From Chara braunii (Eukaryota; Plantae; Charophyceae), in assembly GCA_003427395.1 (NCBI GenBank), contig BFEA01000034.1:3351655-3403774 (forward strand): a stretch of DNA of 52,120 nucleotides, read 5' to 3'. The translations under genes were made by a program, and so were the position numbers. Below, one piece after another: positions 1 to 12,620 of this stretch; the first letter of the stretch is position 1, and each line of letters begins with the position of its first letter. The notes below the pieces were generated by a model, which had not been told where the DNA came from, searched no databases, and saw only the letters and a list, made by a program, of their open reading frames with translations.

Positions 1-25
1 GAGAGAATCTGGGGTCTTTTAAAAC

Positions 26-26
<1 letters not shown>

Positions 27-103
<77 letters not shown>
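27..103. repeat. (AC)n microsatellite
   Basis: Uninterrupted AC run. Confidence 0.97.
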
Positions 104-105
<2 letters not shown>

Positions 106-2170
106 CATCTTGTGATGCAATGCATCCGTTCGCCATCCTTGACGTTCTGGCATTGCCGACATTGTTCACCTGTGTGGGCCATTCCAGTTCTCTTCTTTTG
201 AGCAGTGTCTTTCAATTGTGGGCCGGCTGTGTCATTGTCGTGGTCGCGATCTTCTCCTCATTTGTTATTGTGGTTGGAAATTAGTCCCAACTGGTCACCT
301 CGTTGGCTCGATCCTAATCGGTCGAATCAGTCCCGAGTTTCATCTGTTCCCATCGTTGTCAGAAAGTCGTGGTCCTTCGCTTCTCTAGACGGTAGATGGA
401 ACACTGAGAACTTGAGGACATTGGATGGTAGATGGCGCACAGAAGCTGATGATCATGATAAGGATGTTGGATAGAAGAGAGAACGAGGTCAGAAAGGCAG
501 AGTTATGGGTCCCTGTTCTTCTCTTCTTTCAGTCTTCAGATTGTGCAAGCTGTACTTTTGTGAGCATCATGGTTCGTTTCATGAACTTTCATCCCTGTAA
601 GACATGCTCACTGACTCGCGAATGGATTCATTCCAGTCTCTTCTCCGGAGGGCTCAAGTCCCGCATGATTTTTGCACACCCGCACCAAGTGCGTCAGGGA
701 AAGAGAGGTTTCACAGTCAGCCCGAGTAAAAAGCTCACAGGCCTCTGATCAGCTCTTACACGTGTTAGGGGGAGTTTATATGGGCGAGAATATGTGGCCC
801 CTTTGTGGGCCCCGAACTCCAGCTCACATTTTCTTTGTGCTATTTTCACTTCGAGGTCATGTGATCATGGTTGATTGAGGCCCTCTCAAGTTGGCTGTGC
901 ATATCCAGTGCTGCCTGAGACTTGGAGCCCGCGATGGTGCAGTGGTCATGACAGCAACTGCAGAAGCCTGCTGGACCTCTGTGTATGCGAGTCAAAAAAA
1001 GAAAAAAAAAGGAAACGTAAAAAAAAATTAAAAAGCAACATTTGCTGGTTATAGTGTGTTGACGCTTGAGTCTTTTGACGCGACCTTGTCAGTGTTTTGA
1101 GAACTTTTGATTGAATAACTGAACAGTGATCAGCTGCCGCTGTGAAAACTGACATGAGCAAAAAAGCCGCCAAGTTGCGCCGATATGCCAACCCCCCTTG
1201 CCCAGCCCGTATGGCTGAGTGGAACACATGTAACTGTTTGATGAACAGATCAGGCGTTTGAATCTTGGTGGCATCAGATGGATTTGGTGTGTGAGGGTCT
1301 TCCCTATAGCATTGCAAGCCCCCTTCAGTTGTCCCATGATTTCTATTCATATCTTCTCTGCAGTCCATCACGTTAAAATAAATAAATAAACATAGTCAGC
1401 TCTGACCCCACAAACGAGCTCAGAGTAAGAGGCGAATAGCTTATTATGGCTACCAGCCTACCAAAAAGAAAAAAAAGAAGAGAAGACAAGGAAGGTTGGG
1501 GGGGTGGGCATGTGGTTCATGCCCTAGGTTCAAAGGTCCCATTAAAACAGGGTTGGGTGAGACCCATGAGAAGATAGTTTACAGCTACGTGAATGAAGGA
1601 ATGGAATGAAGTGAACACTGACTGTGAAGAGTGACTTCAAACTGCAGAAGTTTATGATGATGGCAGGTAGGGTTCTTAGGCGCATGTGCCACCTTCGCTA
1701 TGTTCATGCTTGGAAAGCCTGCACCTGGTCAGTGGTAAGTAGCAGGCAGGTCTGTGCTTTGGTAGCATGAAAACAGCACCGGTGGGGCCTGCCCCTATCA
1801 TTGAACGGGTGGGGTAACTAACATCTTCTGCGATCAGAACGCTCGGTCATTTTAGCAGCATTTGGGGAAACTTTCCGTCAGACGGTAGCTGAAGACATCT
1901 TGATCAATCCAACTGGGAGCAAGCACAGTTGGATGACATGCCTTACGTCCTCCCGCCCGCACTCTACTAGCCCACTTTGATGTGTATCTGGACTGTCCCA
2001 TGACCTAGATACATCACGGCTGACCGAGTCTTTTGAATATACCGGGACAATCATAGGCACCAGATGCATTTTGAATACTGTGCAGCAGAGCAAGGCCCTT
2101 TGTTCCAAGAAATGGAAGGCATCCATCACGAGTGGTCAGGCTTTGCAAGGGGCGTCGTTGCTGCGACTTG

Positions 2171-2363
2171 GAAGGGTGGTGACGGCCCCTTGGGCAGAGG
2201 TAAGTTGTTCGTCGCACGACCTCTTATCTTGTCATAGAGGTTCGCGAGAGGTCCGGCTGGCGAACTCGGTCAAAGCGGCTTAAAGCTCCCTTGCAAAAAA
2301 GTCCTGCAAAATCCTGCGTGACGCGGTCGGGAGGGTCCCCCTGCCAGACCGATACGCTCGATG
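2171..2363 (+). mobile_element. 3' end (U5) of the 5' LTR of an older Gypsy element (element E)
   Basis: Matches the LTR 3' module at 44720-44908 and 10100-10204+17842-17923. Ends ...ccgatacgctcgATG (family end is ...cgctcgACA) and is directly followed by a PBS. Confidence 0.8.
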
Positions 2364-2365
2364 GG

Positions 2366-2385
2366 TGGCGCCATTGCCGGGGATC
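2366..2385 (+). promoter_or_regulatory. Primer-binding site complementary to tRNA-Asp 3' end
   Basis: TGGCGCCATTGCCGGGGATC, 17/18 match to TGGCGCCGTTGCCGGGGA (complement of the plant cytosolic tRNA-Asp 3' end; Athila-type PBS), 2 nt after the LTR end. Confidence 0.9.
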
Positions 2386-4278
2386 TCGGCTGCTTGTCGG
2401 GGTCCTTAGAGAACGAACCCAAGTTAAAGGCAGGGTGATGATCTAGGTAGAACGACAAGTTTTTATTATTCGATCAAATTGATGAGTTAAGGTAAGAGTG
2501 AGTAATTAAAATATTGTATTAGAAGTAGTTGAGCTTCGATTGTATGAATCACTGTTATTTGATGATGTGAGGATGTTTCAAGAATGAGAAGCGTCTCATT
2601 TATGCACTTGCGTACCTTAGCGCGTACAACGGTAGCTTCAACTAGCACCCATTTGTTTTATATATTTTAGGTGATTAGACCACGCTTTGTATGTCTGATG
2701 CCGCTAAGGTTGGGTGAAGTGGCATGAACATTGCTAAGCACGTTCATTGTTGAAGTCATCCCTATAAGTACCTAGTATGGCTGCGGGAGCCATATAGGTT
2801 GTCATGGTACGCATGCGCTAGTATGTAGTTTCGAACGAGTGAGAGAGCCTCTTCCTTGCCAAGAGTTGGAATCATAGACATCTGCATAATTGTTATGTTG
2901 GAGGTTTTCAGGACCTCGAAGAGAGATAGGCTAAGTGGGTAAGCAATTGGATAAGTATGGATAGGGTTTTTTGGTTCTGGGGCTTAATTCATAGGCAAAA
3001 TTGTTCGGTCATGGATAAGTTAAAATTTGTCCCATGTTAGTTGACGTGAATAGGTTGAGCGTATAGCATGGTGGACAAATGCAGTGAGTGTTGTGTTAGG
3101 ACCTCAATGAAGGAGGCTACGAGTGGTAGTAGAAGTGAAGAATGTGTATGGTGCCTTCTTTGCAAAAATTGTTTTCGATCTCGAGTATAGTCAGCATAAT
3201 AGCAAAGAGACTGACCTTGAACCTTCTTATTCATGTTCAATTTGGTGGAGAGATTCGAATAGTGTGAGGTCTTCGCTTAATCCCTTTCAGTTTAAGACCA
3301 CCCACTTTAATCTGTACAGCTGGAGCCAAGCGTTTGAGTTTACCTTCTTGAGGTTATCTATTGGAGTTTTTCAGTTTAGATCCATCCATTTGCATCAAGG
3401 TCGTTTGAAGTTAAAGTGTACTTAATACTACTCATGCGAGATTATATACTTAATATTATTTTACCTTATGGTTATTCATTCATTATTATTTATTTGAGTT
3501 TATTTATTTAAAAATATCCCGATGGGTCCATCTGTATGAACTGCTTAGTTTCATTTGTCTGCCTATATCTATTTTATTAGAGTTTATACGTCGAGATTGC
3601 TCTTCAAAAAGGGGGCAGAGATGTTGCGCAGAATCCAAATCCGATGTGGATTCAAGTAAATGAAGTAACCAACTTTTTGAAAAATTGAAAAATTTCGGTA
3701 AATTGTCAATGTGTGGAGTTTCCCCTATGGGAAGTTGCAATCCTAAGTTATTATGTCCTTAAAAGATGGATTCTAGGAAGTTATAATCTCGTCTTGTAGA
3801 TAGTAGTGAAACCCACGTCAGAACTATGTTCCCAGTCCATAGTAGGGTATATTGTTTAACCCTTCGTGGTAGAATGACTACATTACTACGTAATAGGAGG
3901 AAAGTTTATGAACCTTGTCAAACCGCGGTCTATGAACGAAGAATCTATTGCATGCGACAAAGAGATAGGAGGTGATTCCCCAAGCCTTTTATGTCAAGTA
4001 GGTTTACCAACACGGGACGGGACGGAACATCACATCCTGAAGTGTGTATGGCGAGGTTGTTTACTTTATCAACAAGGAGTTTGCAAGGATCAAATGTTGG
4101 AATCGGAGGAAAAAACAGTGAGACTCGATCCTCGAGCGGGCTCGAGAACTTAAGATATTATCCATTTTGAAAAGGATAAGGCTGCCCCTCGGTACAATAT
4201 ACTTTTGCCAAGTCAGCGAGCAGAATGTAGCGGCTCCCTCGGTCAGAGTTGGCTACAAAACGAGGTTTCTAAAATCGG
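2386..4278 (+). mobile_element. Internal region of element E, no recognisable gag; probably resumes at 44909
   Basis: First ~80 nt match the post-PBS leader at 17944-18025. Patchy similarity (3790-3980) to 49100-49310 on the minus strand. Confidence 0.55.
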
Positions 4279-5014
4279 TGTTGGTGTGAGTACCCTTACA
4301 AGGGTATTCGCGCGTATTTTTGCACTTCACACCAGTTGCACATGTGATGGTACTTGAGGCATTCACTCGCATGAGTCGCATCAGTATTGTGATCGATTCC
4401 TTATTGTCGGAATGACGGGCGTATACGAGATTAGAGAAGAGAGTGTGTGCACGCGCAAGTTTAAAGGCGCGGGTGATTCGTTATCGTGTGCAGAGGGTCT
4501 GTTTTCGTGATTGTAGAGTTTTAAATTTTAGTTAAAAGATTGAGATTAAAATTTAATTTTAGTTTAATCGTATGTGCACGCAGGTCATGGGAAGAGCCTC
4601 GGCGTCTGCGCGGTCAGGGTGCCAGTTGTGACGGTCGGGAACCCAACCGGTAGGCCAAGACGTGGCCTTGGGGCACTTCGATGAGACTATGTAGTGTGCG
4701 AAACCTATTTAAATGGGTTTTCGTTAGTGCTAGTACCAACCTTGGGCGTAGCATTATAGGTTACGGTATCGGACTTTTATGCAATATATGCAGGGATAGG
4801 AGCTACTAATCGACGACAAAGGAGCGAAGAGGCATTATGAAGGAAACTAAGGGGTTGAGGGTCTGGCGGGACTATTCCTCTCAGTTTGTTGCCAACCAGA
4901 GCAGCAGAACCGGTAGGTGGGACCGAGGGGGTGTCGGCGGTCCCCTCTGTTCCCCAATCTCTACGTGCTTTTGTTTTTTATTTTATTTTTTACTTTATTA
5001 TTATTTAGTTATTT

Positions 5015-5373
5015 CATGTGTAGCATCGTGTTTGGGTTCAGTAACCGAGCCCAAACGGTCGCGACCGAACGCGAACGAGCGCCAAAACCCTCCGAACGTG
5101 AACATACAAATATTATTAAAAAAAAAAAAAAAACTTATCAGAAAAGTCTGGAAAAAATATATTTTATGTAAAATAATAATACAAACAACTTTTGCCTGGG
5201 AGGTATGCTCAAATTCGTAACCAAACTCTAGTTAAAAATCCCAAACCAAAAAAATATATATATATTTTTTCTTAATATATTCGGCCGAACACGTTCGGGA
5301 GGCGTTCGTCCAAACATCCCAACATGTTCGGACGTTCGGAAAAGCTCCAAACATGTTCGGTATGCTACACATG
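5015..5373. mobile_element. MITE-like insertion in LTR-A
   Basis: Terminal inverted repeat CATGTGTAGCAT...ATGCTACACATG; flanking duplication GTTATTTC/GTTATTTT (or 6-bp TTATTT); absent from LTR-B at ~38755; repeated CCGAAC/GTTCGG subterminal motifs. Confidence 0.85.
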
Positions 5374-5440
5374 TTATTTTTTGTTATATTTCGTTTCAGA
5401 AACTGGTTTCAATGTCGATATCGAGATTGGGTCTGATTTC

Positions 5441-5512
5441 GGGGGGCCTAGCTCAGTTCGTACACGTTTGGGCTGCTGAAATACGGACCCAAGTTCAAAT
5501 TCAGATGCTTCC
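5441..5512 (+). promoter_or_regulatory. Degenerate tRNA-like sequence (A box + B box) in LTR-A
   Basis: GGGGGCC-TAGCTCAGTTCGT ... GTTCAAATTC at tRNA spacing; the counterpart at 38818-38889 has TAGCTCAGTTGGT. Cloverleaf stems are broken. Confidence 0.45.
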
Positions 5513-6170
5513 AGATGAAGAGAATAGGATCGTCCTGAATTGTCTGGGGACCGGCCAGTCCGACGAGCGATATTTCAGGCCGGTGACCTGGTCCTTCGGG
5601 GTATTCGTCAAAATTGGAAAGATACAGAGAAGATAAGCATGGCCCCTGCGCAAGAATCGCGCACATAAATCGATCGAGAGTTATTTTTGTGGTTTTTGTA
5701 GATGCCAGGGACGTGAACGCAGTGGGACTGCATGGCGAGGAAGTTGACGTTAATGGAAAGAGACTGAAAGGTAGTGATGAGGCGGAAGAAGGAGACAGAA
5801 GAGAGGTGTAATCGTGCATTCCCTAACGGGTTTGGACGAGGTAGGGAGCGAAATTGAGGAGGCTGAAACAACAAGTGTACAGTGACATGCGGAGCGACGG
5901 TGATGAGTTGGAGAGGGAGAAAGAGAGCGGAAGCGTGCGAAGCAAAACGTGCGTAAACACGCAACGGAGAAAAACGGGAGACAAGGGAAGTTGGAGCACT
6001 CTTCGGGCGGTTGTATCTGATTATGGCCAAATAATGGTTCTCCCTGACCCCTCGATAGCAGCACACAACCTCGGGTGCATGTACCTGTTCGTGTTATACG
6101 CGAACACTCATTTTGCATTGTGCAACTATTTAGCGGGTGCAACGGGGAGTATCAACAGGCGAGATGGAGA

Positions 6171-6173
<3 letters not shown>

Positions 6174-6218
<45 letters not shown>
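6174..6218. repeat. (GA)n microsatellite
   Basis: AG run. Confidence 0.95.
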
Positions 6219-6221
<3 letters not shown>

Positions 6222-7099
6222 CTTAATCAATATGTAATGATGCAGGTGGACCGGAGATCGAGCCGCGGTGTTAAAACCCCACGCTAACTTGGGCGTGGAG
6301 GTTACCGACATATCTACCTAGTCAAGATCACAGAGTTCTTGTGTTCACGCTTGTTGTGTGCGTAGTTGTTAGTTAGAACTTGTTGTTATCGTTTTTTTTA
6401 GCGACATTTCGAATAGAGCACAGGGGCGTGCTCTATTTAGACACAGGCCTTTCTGGGCAGTATAGCTGCGTTCTGGTCAGTGGTTGGAACACGGTGGCTT
6501 AAGGGAGTGTTCGAACTCTTCCAGAAGGTCACCGTAGCAATTGGGGTTGTCAGAGGGCTGTTTTATTCTGCACCTTGGTTGTGATTTCACTATCTTCGCA
6601 GTGATTTGGTTGCCATTGCGGGGCTCTCAGGCATGTGAAGGTACAAAGGCTCTCTTATGCGAGTTGACCCCCTCTTGTATCTCGAGAGTATGAAAGTTTT
6701 TCTTTATCCTTTTTATTATGAGTCTAATCTGTTGTTCGGAGAGGAAGGCGGCAGGTGGGATCCCAACGCACGAGACCACAGTTAGACCTTGTGGAAGGGT
6801 GACCCACCGAGTGCGGGAACTCTGCTGGAACTTAGGGGGTTTGGAGGTAGGGAGTAGACATGTATACCTTCTCTGCCCTGTGTGAATTCTCTAAGCCCTT
6901 ATTAATATACATCTCTATGTTGACTGCTATGTATGTGTATGTCCCTATGAACTTTGATTCCTTCATAACCTAAGTCATATTAAGTGAAGAGAATGTGTGG
7001 TTGATTTCCACGTATTCTTATTGCATGAAACTCAGACAAAAATGAATTAACTGAGGTAAGATGGGAGAAAGGCAGTTTTGCTTGTTGATTGGGTCCTTG

Positions 7100-7970
7100 A
7101 GGGGCAGACAATGTGACTTCGGTTTGGCCTGACCACTTTGTTTATTTTGTTTTCTCTACAGCTAGACAATGTGGTTTCGGTCAGGTCTGATTGTTGTAGT
7201 ATTTGTTGGTTCCTCATCAATAACAGTCAGGCAATGTGGCTTTTGTTAGGTTTGGTTGTTGTATTGTCTTGTTTTCTTGATAATGATACAACGTGGTTTG
7301 AGTCAGGTTTGATTGTCGTACCTATGCAAGTTGTTATCCGTACAGCTAGGGGATGTGGCTTAAGTTTATCCTGACTATGATATGTTGTTGTCTTCCTTAC
7401 TTCAGACGGACAATGTGGTCTGATTCAAGTTTGGTTGTTTTTCTTATGATGATTAGTCTGATTGAAAAAGTTTAAGAGTTGGGTAATATGACTTCCGTCA
7501 TATCTAATTACTTATTTTTTATAAGGGAGATTTGGACTAATGACTAAGCAATAAGGCTTCGGTTTGACTTAGTCTACGGTCGCACACATAAAATAAGAGT
7601 TTGAAAATATGATTTCTATATAAATATATATTATAATTTTATTATTAAACAAAGTTAATCAAACAATGAGGCTTCGATTTGGTTTGACTATATCTTATCA
7701 GAAAAAGGAAGAAAATACTTACTTAAGAATATAATGAGTGTAACATAGAAAGACTGAGTAATGTGGCTTCGGGTTGGCTCATCTTTAGTTTTCATAAGAT
7801 TAAAAGTTCAGAAATATATTATAATTAGATATTGAACACTTGCCAAGGTTACACAATGTCGCTTCGGTTTCGTCTAGTTTACTGTCTAATGGAGAGAAAA
7901 GTAGTTATGCTCTTTATTTGTGTATATAAAGGCAAGAGTTAAGCAATGTGACTTCGGTCTGACTTAACCT
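7100..7970 (+). repeat. Array of ~13 hairpins with conserved 17-nt loop (LTR-A)
   Basis: AATGTGGCTTCGGTYWG-like motif every ~57-95 bp, flanked by unit-specific inverted repeats such as GACTAAG/CTTAGTC and GTTAAG/CTTAAC. Confidence 0.85.
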
Positions 7971-10900
7971 TTATTATGCCATATGTAAGCAAGGGTATTG
8001 GGGTTTATCCAACCAAAAGACAGTAAATTATTTATGTCAAGAATAACTTGGGTTTTTGGTGAGAGTATTTACCCATTGTGGTATGGATGTGCATGTGGTT
8101 GAATAGGGGCTCTGCTTGTTTTGAGTCTTAAGCTTTAATAGGTAGTTGCTTTAGATGTTTGCCACGTGCTGGAGCTATAGGAGTTAGTTCAATTTTTGCA
8201 TTTTTTGAGTTTATATAGGTAGTTTCTCGTACTTGACTTTATATAAATTTTTGGAAGACATTTTTGCTAATGGAAGTGTTGCTCAAACTTAAACAATCCA
8301 AATGCTTAGTAAAAATTTGGGAAGCCTACCTTTGTAGGCGAGGTTCTGCCCAAAGTTTTATTAAATCAGAAAGTTAGATAAAGTTCGACCGTGTGAAGCT
8401 AGAACTATTTTCAGACTTTGTATTTGACTTTGTACAAATTTTGGAAAGACACCTATCTAGAGGGAGTGTTGCCAAAATTTTTACAAATCTAAGAAATTAA
8501 TTAAATTGTTTTGATAAAATTCAAGTTTTATTTCGAGTTCGTATCTAGCGTAGTATGAATCTGAGAATCCTACTTCTCTAAAGGAGATGATGCAAATTTT
8601 TTTATTAAATCAGGGAGTTGGACAAAATTTGACTCTGAAAAGTCGAAGATGAGTTTGAATATTTTAAAACTTTGAAGGTTTGGCAGTCTGTCCTTGCTTA
8701 GGTAAAACAACGTTGAAAATTTTGATATTCTTAAACATATATGAGAGATAAGGTAGAAATGTAGGAGTATTTCATACTCACTCAAGCATAGCTTGGGCAT
8801 TGGTCTATGTTGAGTTGCACGTCATTTTTCATTTAGATTATTTTGTGATTTAATTAGCTTCAAGTTGATTTTACGAGGATCATCTTCTATTGTCATTTGA
8901 TAAGAGATCGGTTTTCAGCTCAACGGAAACTCATTCTTGCTACTCAATATAAGACCTTAACCATTGAGATTTTTTTTATTTTTTTTTTATAAATTAAATG
9001 GTCATTTAAAAAGAAACTGGGTGTGTATTTTTTGAAGATTCGACTAAGGTTGGAGCTTGTGTGAATAAGGTAAAAGGTGTGAGTGCAGAGAGTGGTTGAA
9101 ATTGACCCTGTGTAGAGTATGGTATGTTGATTGAATCTTTGGTGTGATTGCACGTATATTTTTATAAGTCGGAGTGTGAATTTCACTTCGCCTGCGATCA
9201 TGTGAATATTTTGAAGAAAGTCATACTATGATTATGAGAGTGATCGCCTCATGTTTTATGACGAAGTTATATTTATATTTTTGCGTATACGGAAAGTCTA
9301 CTTTGATCGTACATAAGGATCAAGTAGATTTGTGTCGAGAGAAAAGAGGGGTCCCTTTTTACTTTTGTTTTTCTTATATTTTTATAGTTGAATGTTGAGG
9401 ACCGTGGCAACTATCAAAGTCAAACCCCTTTACCTGTTTTCAGGCCTCCGAAGATGGAGCCTCACTTTCAGTATCAAAGGTGTTTGATCGCCACTAAGGG
9501 GCGAAGCCCGCCTACCCCTCCTCTTCGTAATGTGCAGAAGAGGGTAGGTCTCACAATCGTACTTGTAATTGTTTGGTGTCAAAAGACCAACCTTACAAGA
9601 CGAGTGTCAATCGACACTTGAGTGTCGAATGCGACCCTTAAAATTATTGAGGACCACTTGGTTGTGGGTACTAACATAGTACTTCATCAACTTGACCGTT
9701 TGCGTATACATGCATGGCTGGTCGATATGATAAAATTTATGTCGTCATAATATTTATTCAAGAGTCTTGCGCGCGACATCCATCTGATTATGTTGTTGAA
9801 AGGTACGAGTCAGATATGGAAAAGGGACGAGGCGCAATTTACGTATGAAGTGTGATTTTATTTTCGTGAGATGTATAGCGTTGTTAAATTTTATTATTCT
9901 AGTCGACCGGAGTAGGATCGCATTCGAGAAATGAGCGCCCCTGGCGATGATTCGCGCACGGGTCCGATTCTGACGTTAACCGTGCGTACCCCCTATGCTA
10001 CATCGAACGAGAAACGCCCATGGTCGGACCACTTATGCGATTGCATAAGAAAAACCTTCGCATGTGGTTCGGTAGCTCGACGGGGATACGCCCACTTAAG
10101 GGATGGTGACAAGTCCCACGGGTGGAAGAAAGTTATACCTTGCGTGACCCTATCCTATCGTAGGGGTTGGCAAGAGGTATGGTTGGTGCACTCGGTCGGA
10201 ATGGTGTCGAGCGTAGTGGTCGCGCAGGGGCACCCTCCTGATCACGTCATGCAGAATTATGTTCAATTTTTTTTTGCGGTGGAGTTTTTCGTCGTTTCGA
10301 CCGAGTGCGCCAACTACACCTCTCGCAAACTCTTACGACAGGATAGGGTCATACGAGATAGAACTTACCGCCGCACAAGGGTCTGTCACCACCCTTGGAC
10401 GGACGTATCCCCGCTAAGCTACCAAAGCAAGTGTGAAAGCTACTCAATTGCAATTGCAGAGGTGGTCCGATCGATGTCGTTTCTCATACACTGTAGCATA
10501 GGGGGTACGGGTGGTCGAACGCCTCTATCGAACTCGTACAGGAGTCGATACACTGGAGGGCTGATATCCGAAACACGACTCGACGCCGATCGACTATGAC
10601 GATCCACCTAACTACTCGTTACACAATGCCAAAATAAAGAATCAAGTTACTCACACAAAACATTCCTTCCCTTTTTGTGTCTTACCCATAATGTTTCTAA
10701 CGCAAGAATCGGTTAGGCATCGCACGCGAGTTTTAGAATACATACCGTGTGAACGCAGGTTTCCTCATATCGACTAGTCGTCCATGAATACGCAAGCAAT
10801 CACAGTGATGTGTATTGTGTAGTACCCACAATTACGTGGCCCTCAGTGGTGTCGAGGGTCGCTTTCAACATTCAAGTGTCAGCGGATAAAGGTCTTGAGG

Positions 10901-11980
10901 GATTAATCTTTCGACGCTAGACAACTGTTAAGCCGGTTGAGAGTCCTACCCTCTTCTGCATCCTGCGGGGGTGAGTGGTAGGTGAGCCTCGACCCTTTGT
11001 CGCTGTTGAACGCCCCTAACACTGGAAGTGGGGTTCGACAAGTGGACACCTGAAAATTGGTCAAGGGGTTTGACAACTGCCACAAACTTTAATGTCCAGT
11101 TATAAAAATTAACAAGCAAAATCAATCAGTAAATAAATAAACATTCGAACACACACATTAAATCAGAATTCTATATAAAGTAAAAAGGAGAAAAATAAGT
11201 CCATCAGATATGTAGATTGTGCGACACATGATTGTCATTCTCATTGCCTCCAAGGTAAGGCTCGTACATAAACTCCAAAACACTAACCTGCATAAAACAC
11301 AAGATTATATGAAAACCACATTGCCATACACCAGTGTGGTCAACTTTACTGTTCCATGTAACTCACACCACGACTCTCACACTTATGCCCCAACCATTGT
11401 CTAACCTTTCATAAAAACTCAACTATTTATAGTGATCATTAAAAGAAGTCTGGTTAAAATTCTCAAAGAAAAATATCGAGTCTCCAGGCTAAGGCATCAA
11501 GTTGAGGTACATGTGTAAGCAAAGTTGTGTCGTAAGCCGACGAATCGGCAACCAACCAATCGACCTGTTATCAAGAGATAAGAAAAGACGATCCTCGTAG
11601 GGTTGGGCTAAAACTCAATCGGATTTTCAATCGAAATGACCAAGACGGACCCATTAACACAGCATAGACTAAATCCCAATACTAAATATTAAGTGTATGG
11701 AGAATAAACCTCCATATTACATCTCATTCAAGTTCTCATAAAACTAACTTTCAACTTTATCTTTCATTCAGCACCAAAGAATAAGGCAGCATCTTACTTA
11801 TACAAGGTGGATCGTCAAAACTTTTTCTATCAGAATATAATATAATTCTTCAAAACTAAAAAAATTTGGCAGCGCTTTCCGTGGCAAAAATGCATTTTCA
11901 GAATTTATACAAGGCTAAATATAAAACTCTAAATAATTATGACTTCATGAAGTTAAATTTTGTCCAACTTCCTGATTTAG

Positions 11981-11984
<4 letters not shown>

Positions 11985-12021
<37 letters not shown>

Positions 12022-12398
12022 ATGTTGGAAAAAAAAAAAAAAAAAAAAAATTATGTTGTGTAAAATTGCAATACAAACAACTTTTGGTTGAGGGTCACAT
12101 CAGAATTCGTCACAGAACTAAAGATAAAAAAGAAAATAACCATATCACACTAAGGTACTCTTTCCACTCTAGAGGAGAGCCCTTTAAACCTCTTTAGCCC
12201 TTTTAAAATTCATTTACATTCCCCTTTCCCCCCTTGACAACCAATATTAAAAAAAAAAAAAAAAAAACGGATTTGAGTTCCTCTCGGAGAGCGCGGAAAA
12301 ACCCCACCGCTATTTTTTTTTATTTATTTTTTTTTGCCATGACCGGCTCAACCGGGCGTCACGCCCGGGTGACCGGCCGGTCATGAAAATCTTCCTAG
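11985..12398 (+). mobile_element. Small insertion in LTR-C, possible non-autonomous Helitron-like element
   Basis: Interrupts C/A homology. GC-rich hairpin CATGACCGGC...GCCGGTCATG (12338-12385) followed by AAAATCTTCCTAG. 5' boundary unclear. Confidence 0.4.
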
Positions 12399-12620
12399 CA
12401 GAAATAAAACTAAGTCCTATGAAAAATAAACTTAACTCAGAAAATGTAAGAATTTACCTAACTCCCATAGCTCCAGCACGTGGCGGACATCTAAAGCAAC
12501 TACCTATCAAAGTGGACCCTCAGACTAAGTAGTGCTCACACTCAATCACTTGCAAGTTCAAGATAGTTCATTAATCCTCACGTGATTATCATTTTTACAT
12601 ATCTTACATCTGACATGGCG

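Larger units (their letters stand above)
4279..10204 (+). repeat. 5' LTR (LTR-A), main part; completed by 17842-17923
   Basis: Colinear direct repeat with 38415-44826 from ~4676 onward (53/60 identical in the first block checked). Starts TGTTGG...TACCCTTACAAGGG. Confidence 0.88.

Noticed and set aside
105-2170. Host gene or upstream part of LTR-E
   Set aside because: Only short featureless ORFs and no convincing alignment to the other LTRs by eye; left unannotated.
4291-4306. Tyrosine-recombinase (DIRS) junction site
   Set aside because: It lies inside TG...CA LTRs with TSDs, and the element encodes a DDE integrase.
5412-5811. Peptides conserved with 38593-39220 (QMLPDEENRIVLNCLGT)
   Set aside because: Explained by LTR pair identity; stops and frames differ between copies.
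7100-7970. CRISPR array (repeat + unique spacer look)
   Set aside because: Eukaryotic LTR context, no cas genes, degenerate repeats, uneven spacing; the conserved part is the loop and the palindromic part varies.
9931-10599. 222-aa ORF
   Set aside because: Crosses the LTR-A/LTR-C junction, is not open in LTR-B, and has no recognisable motif.
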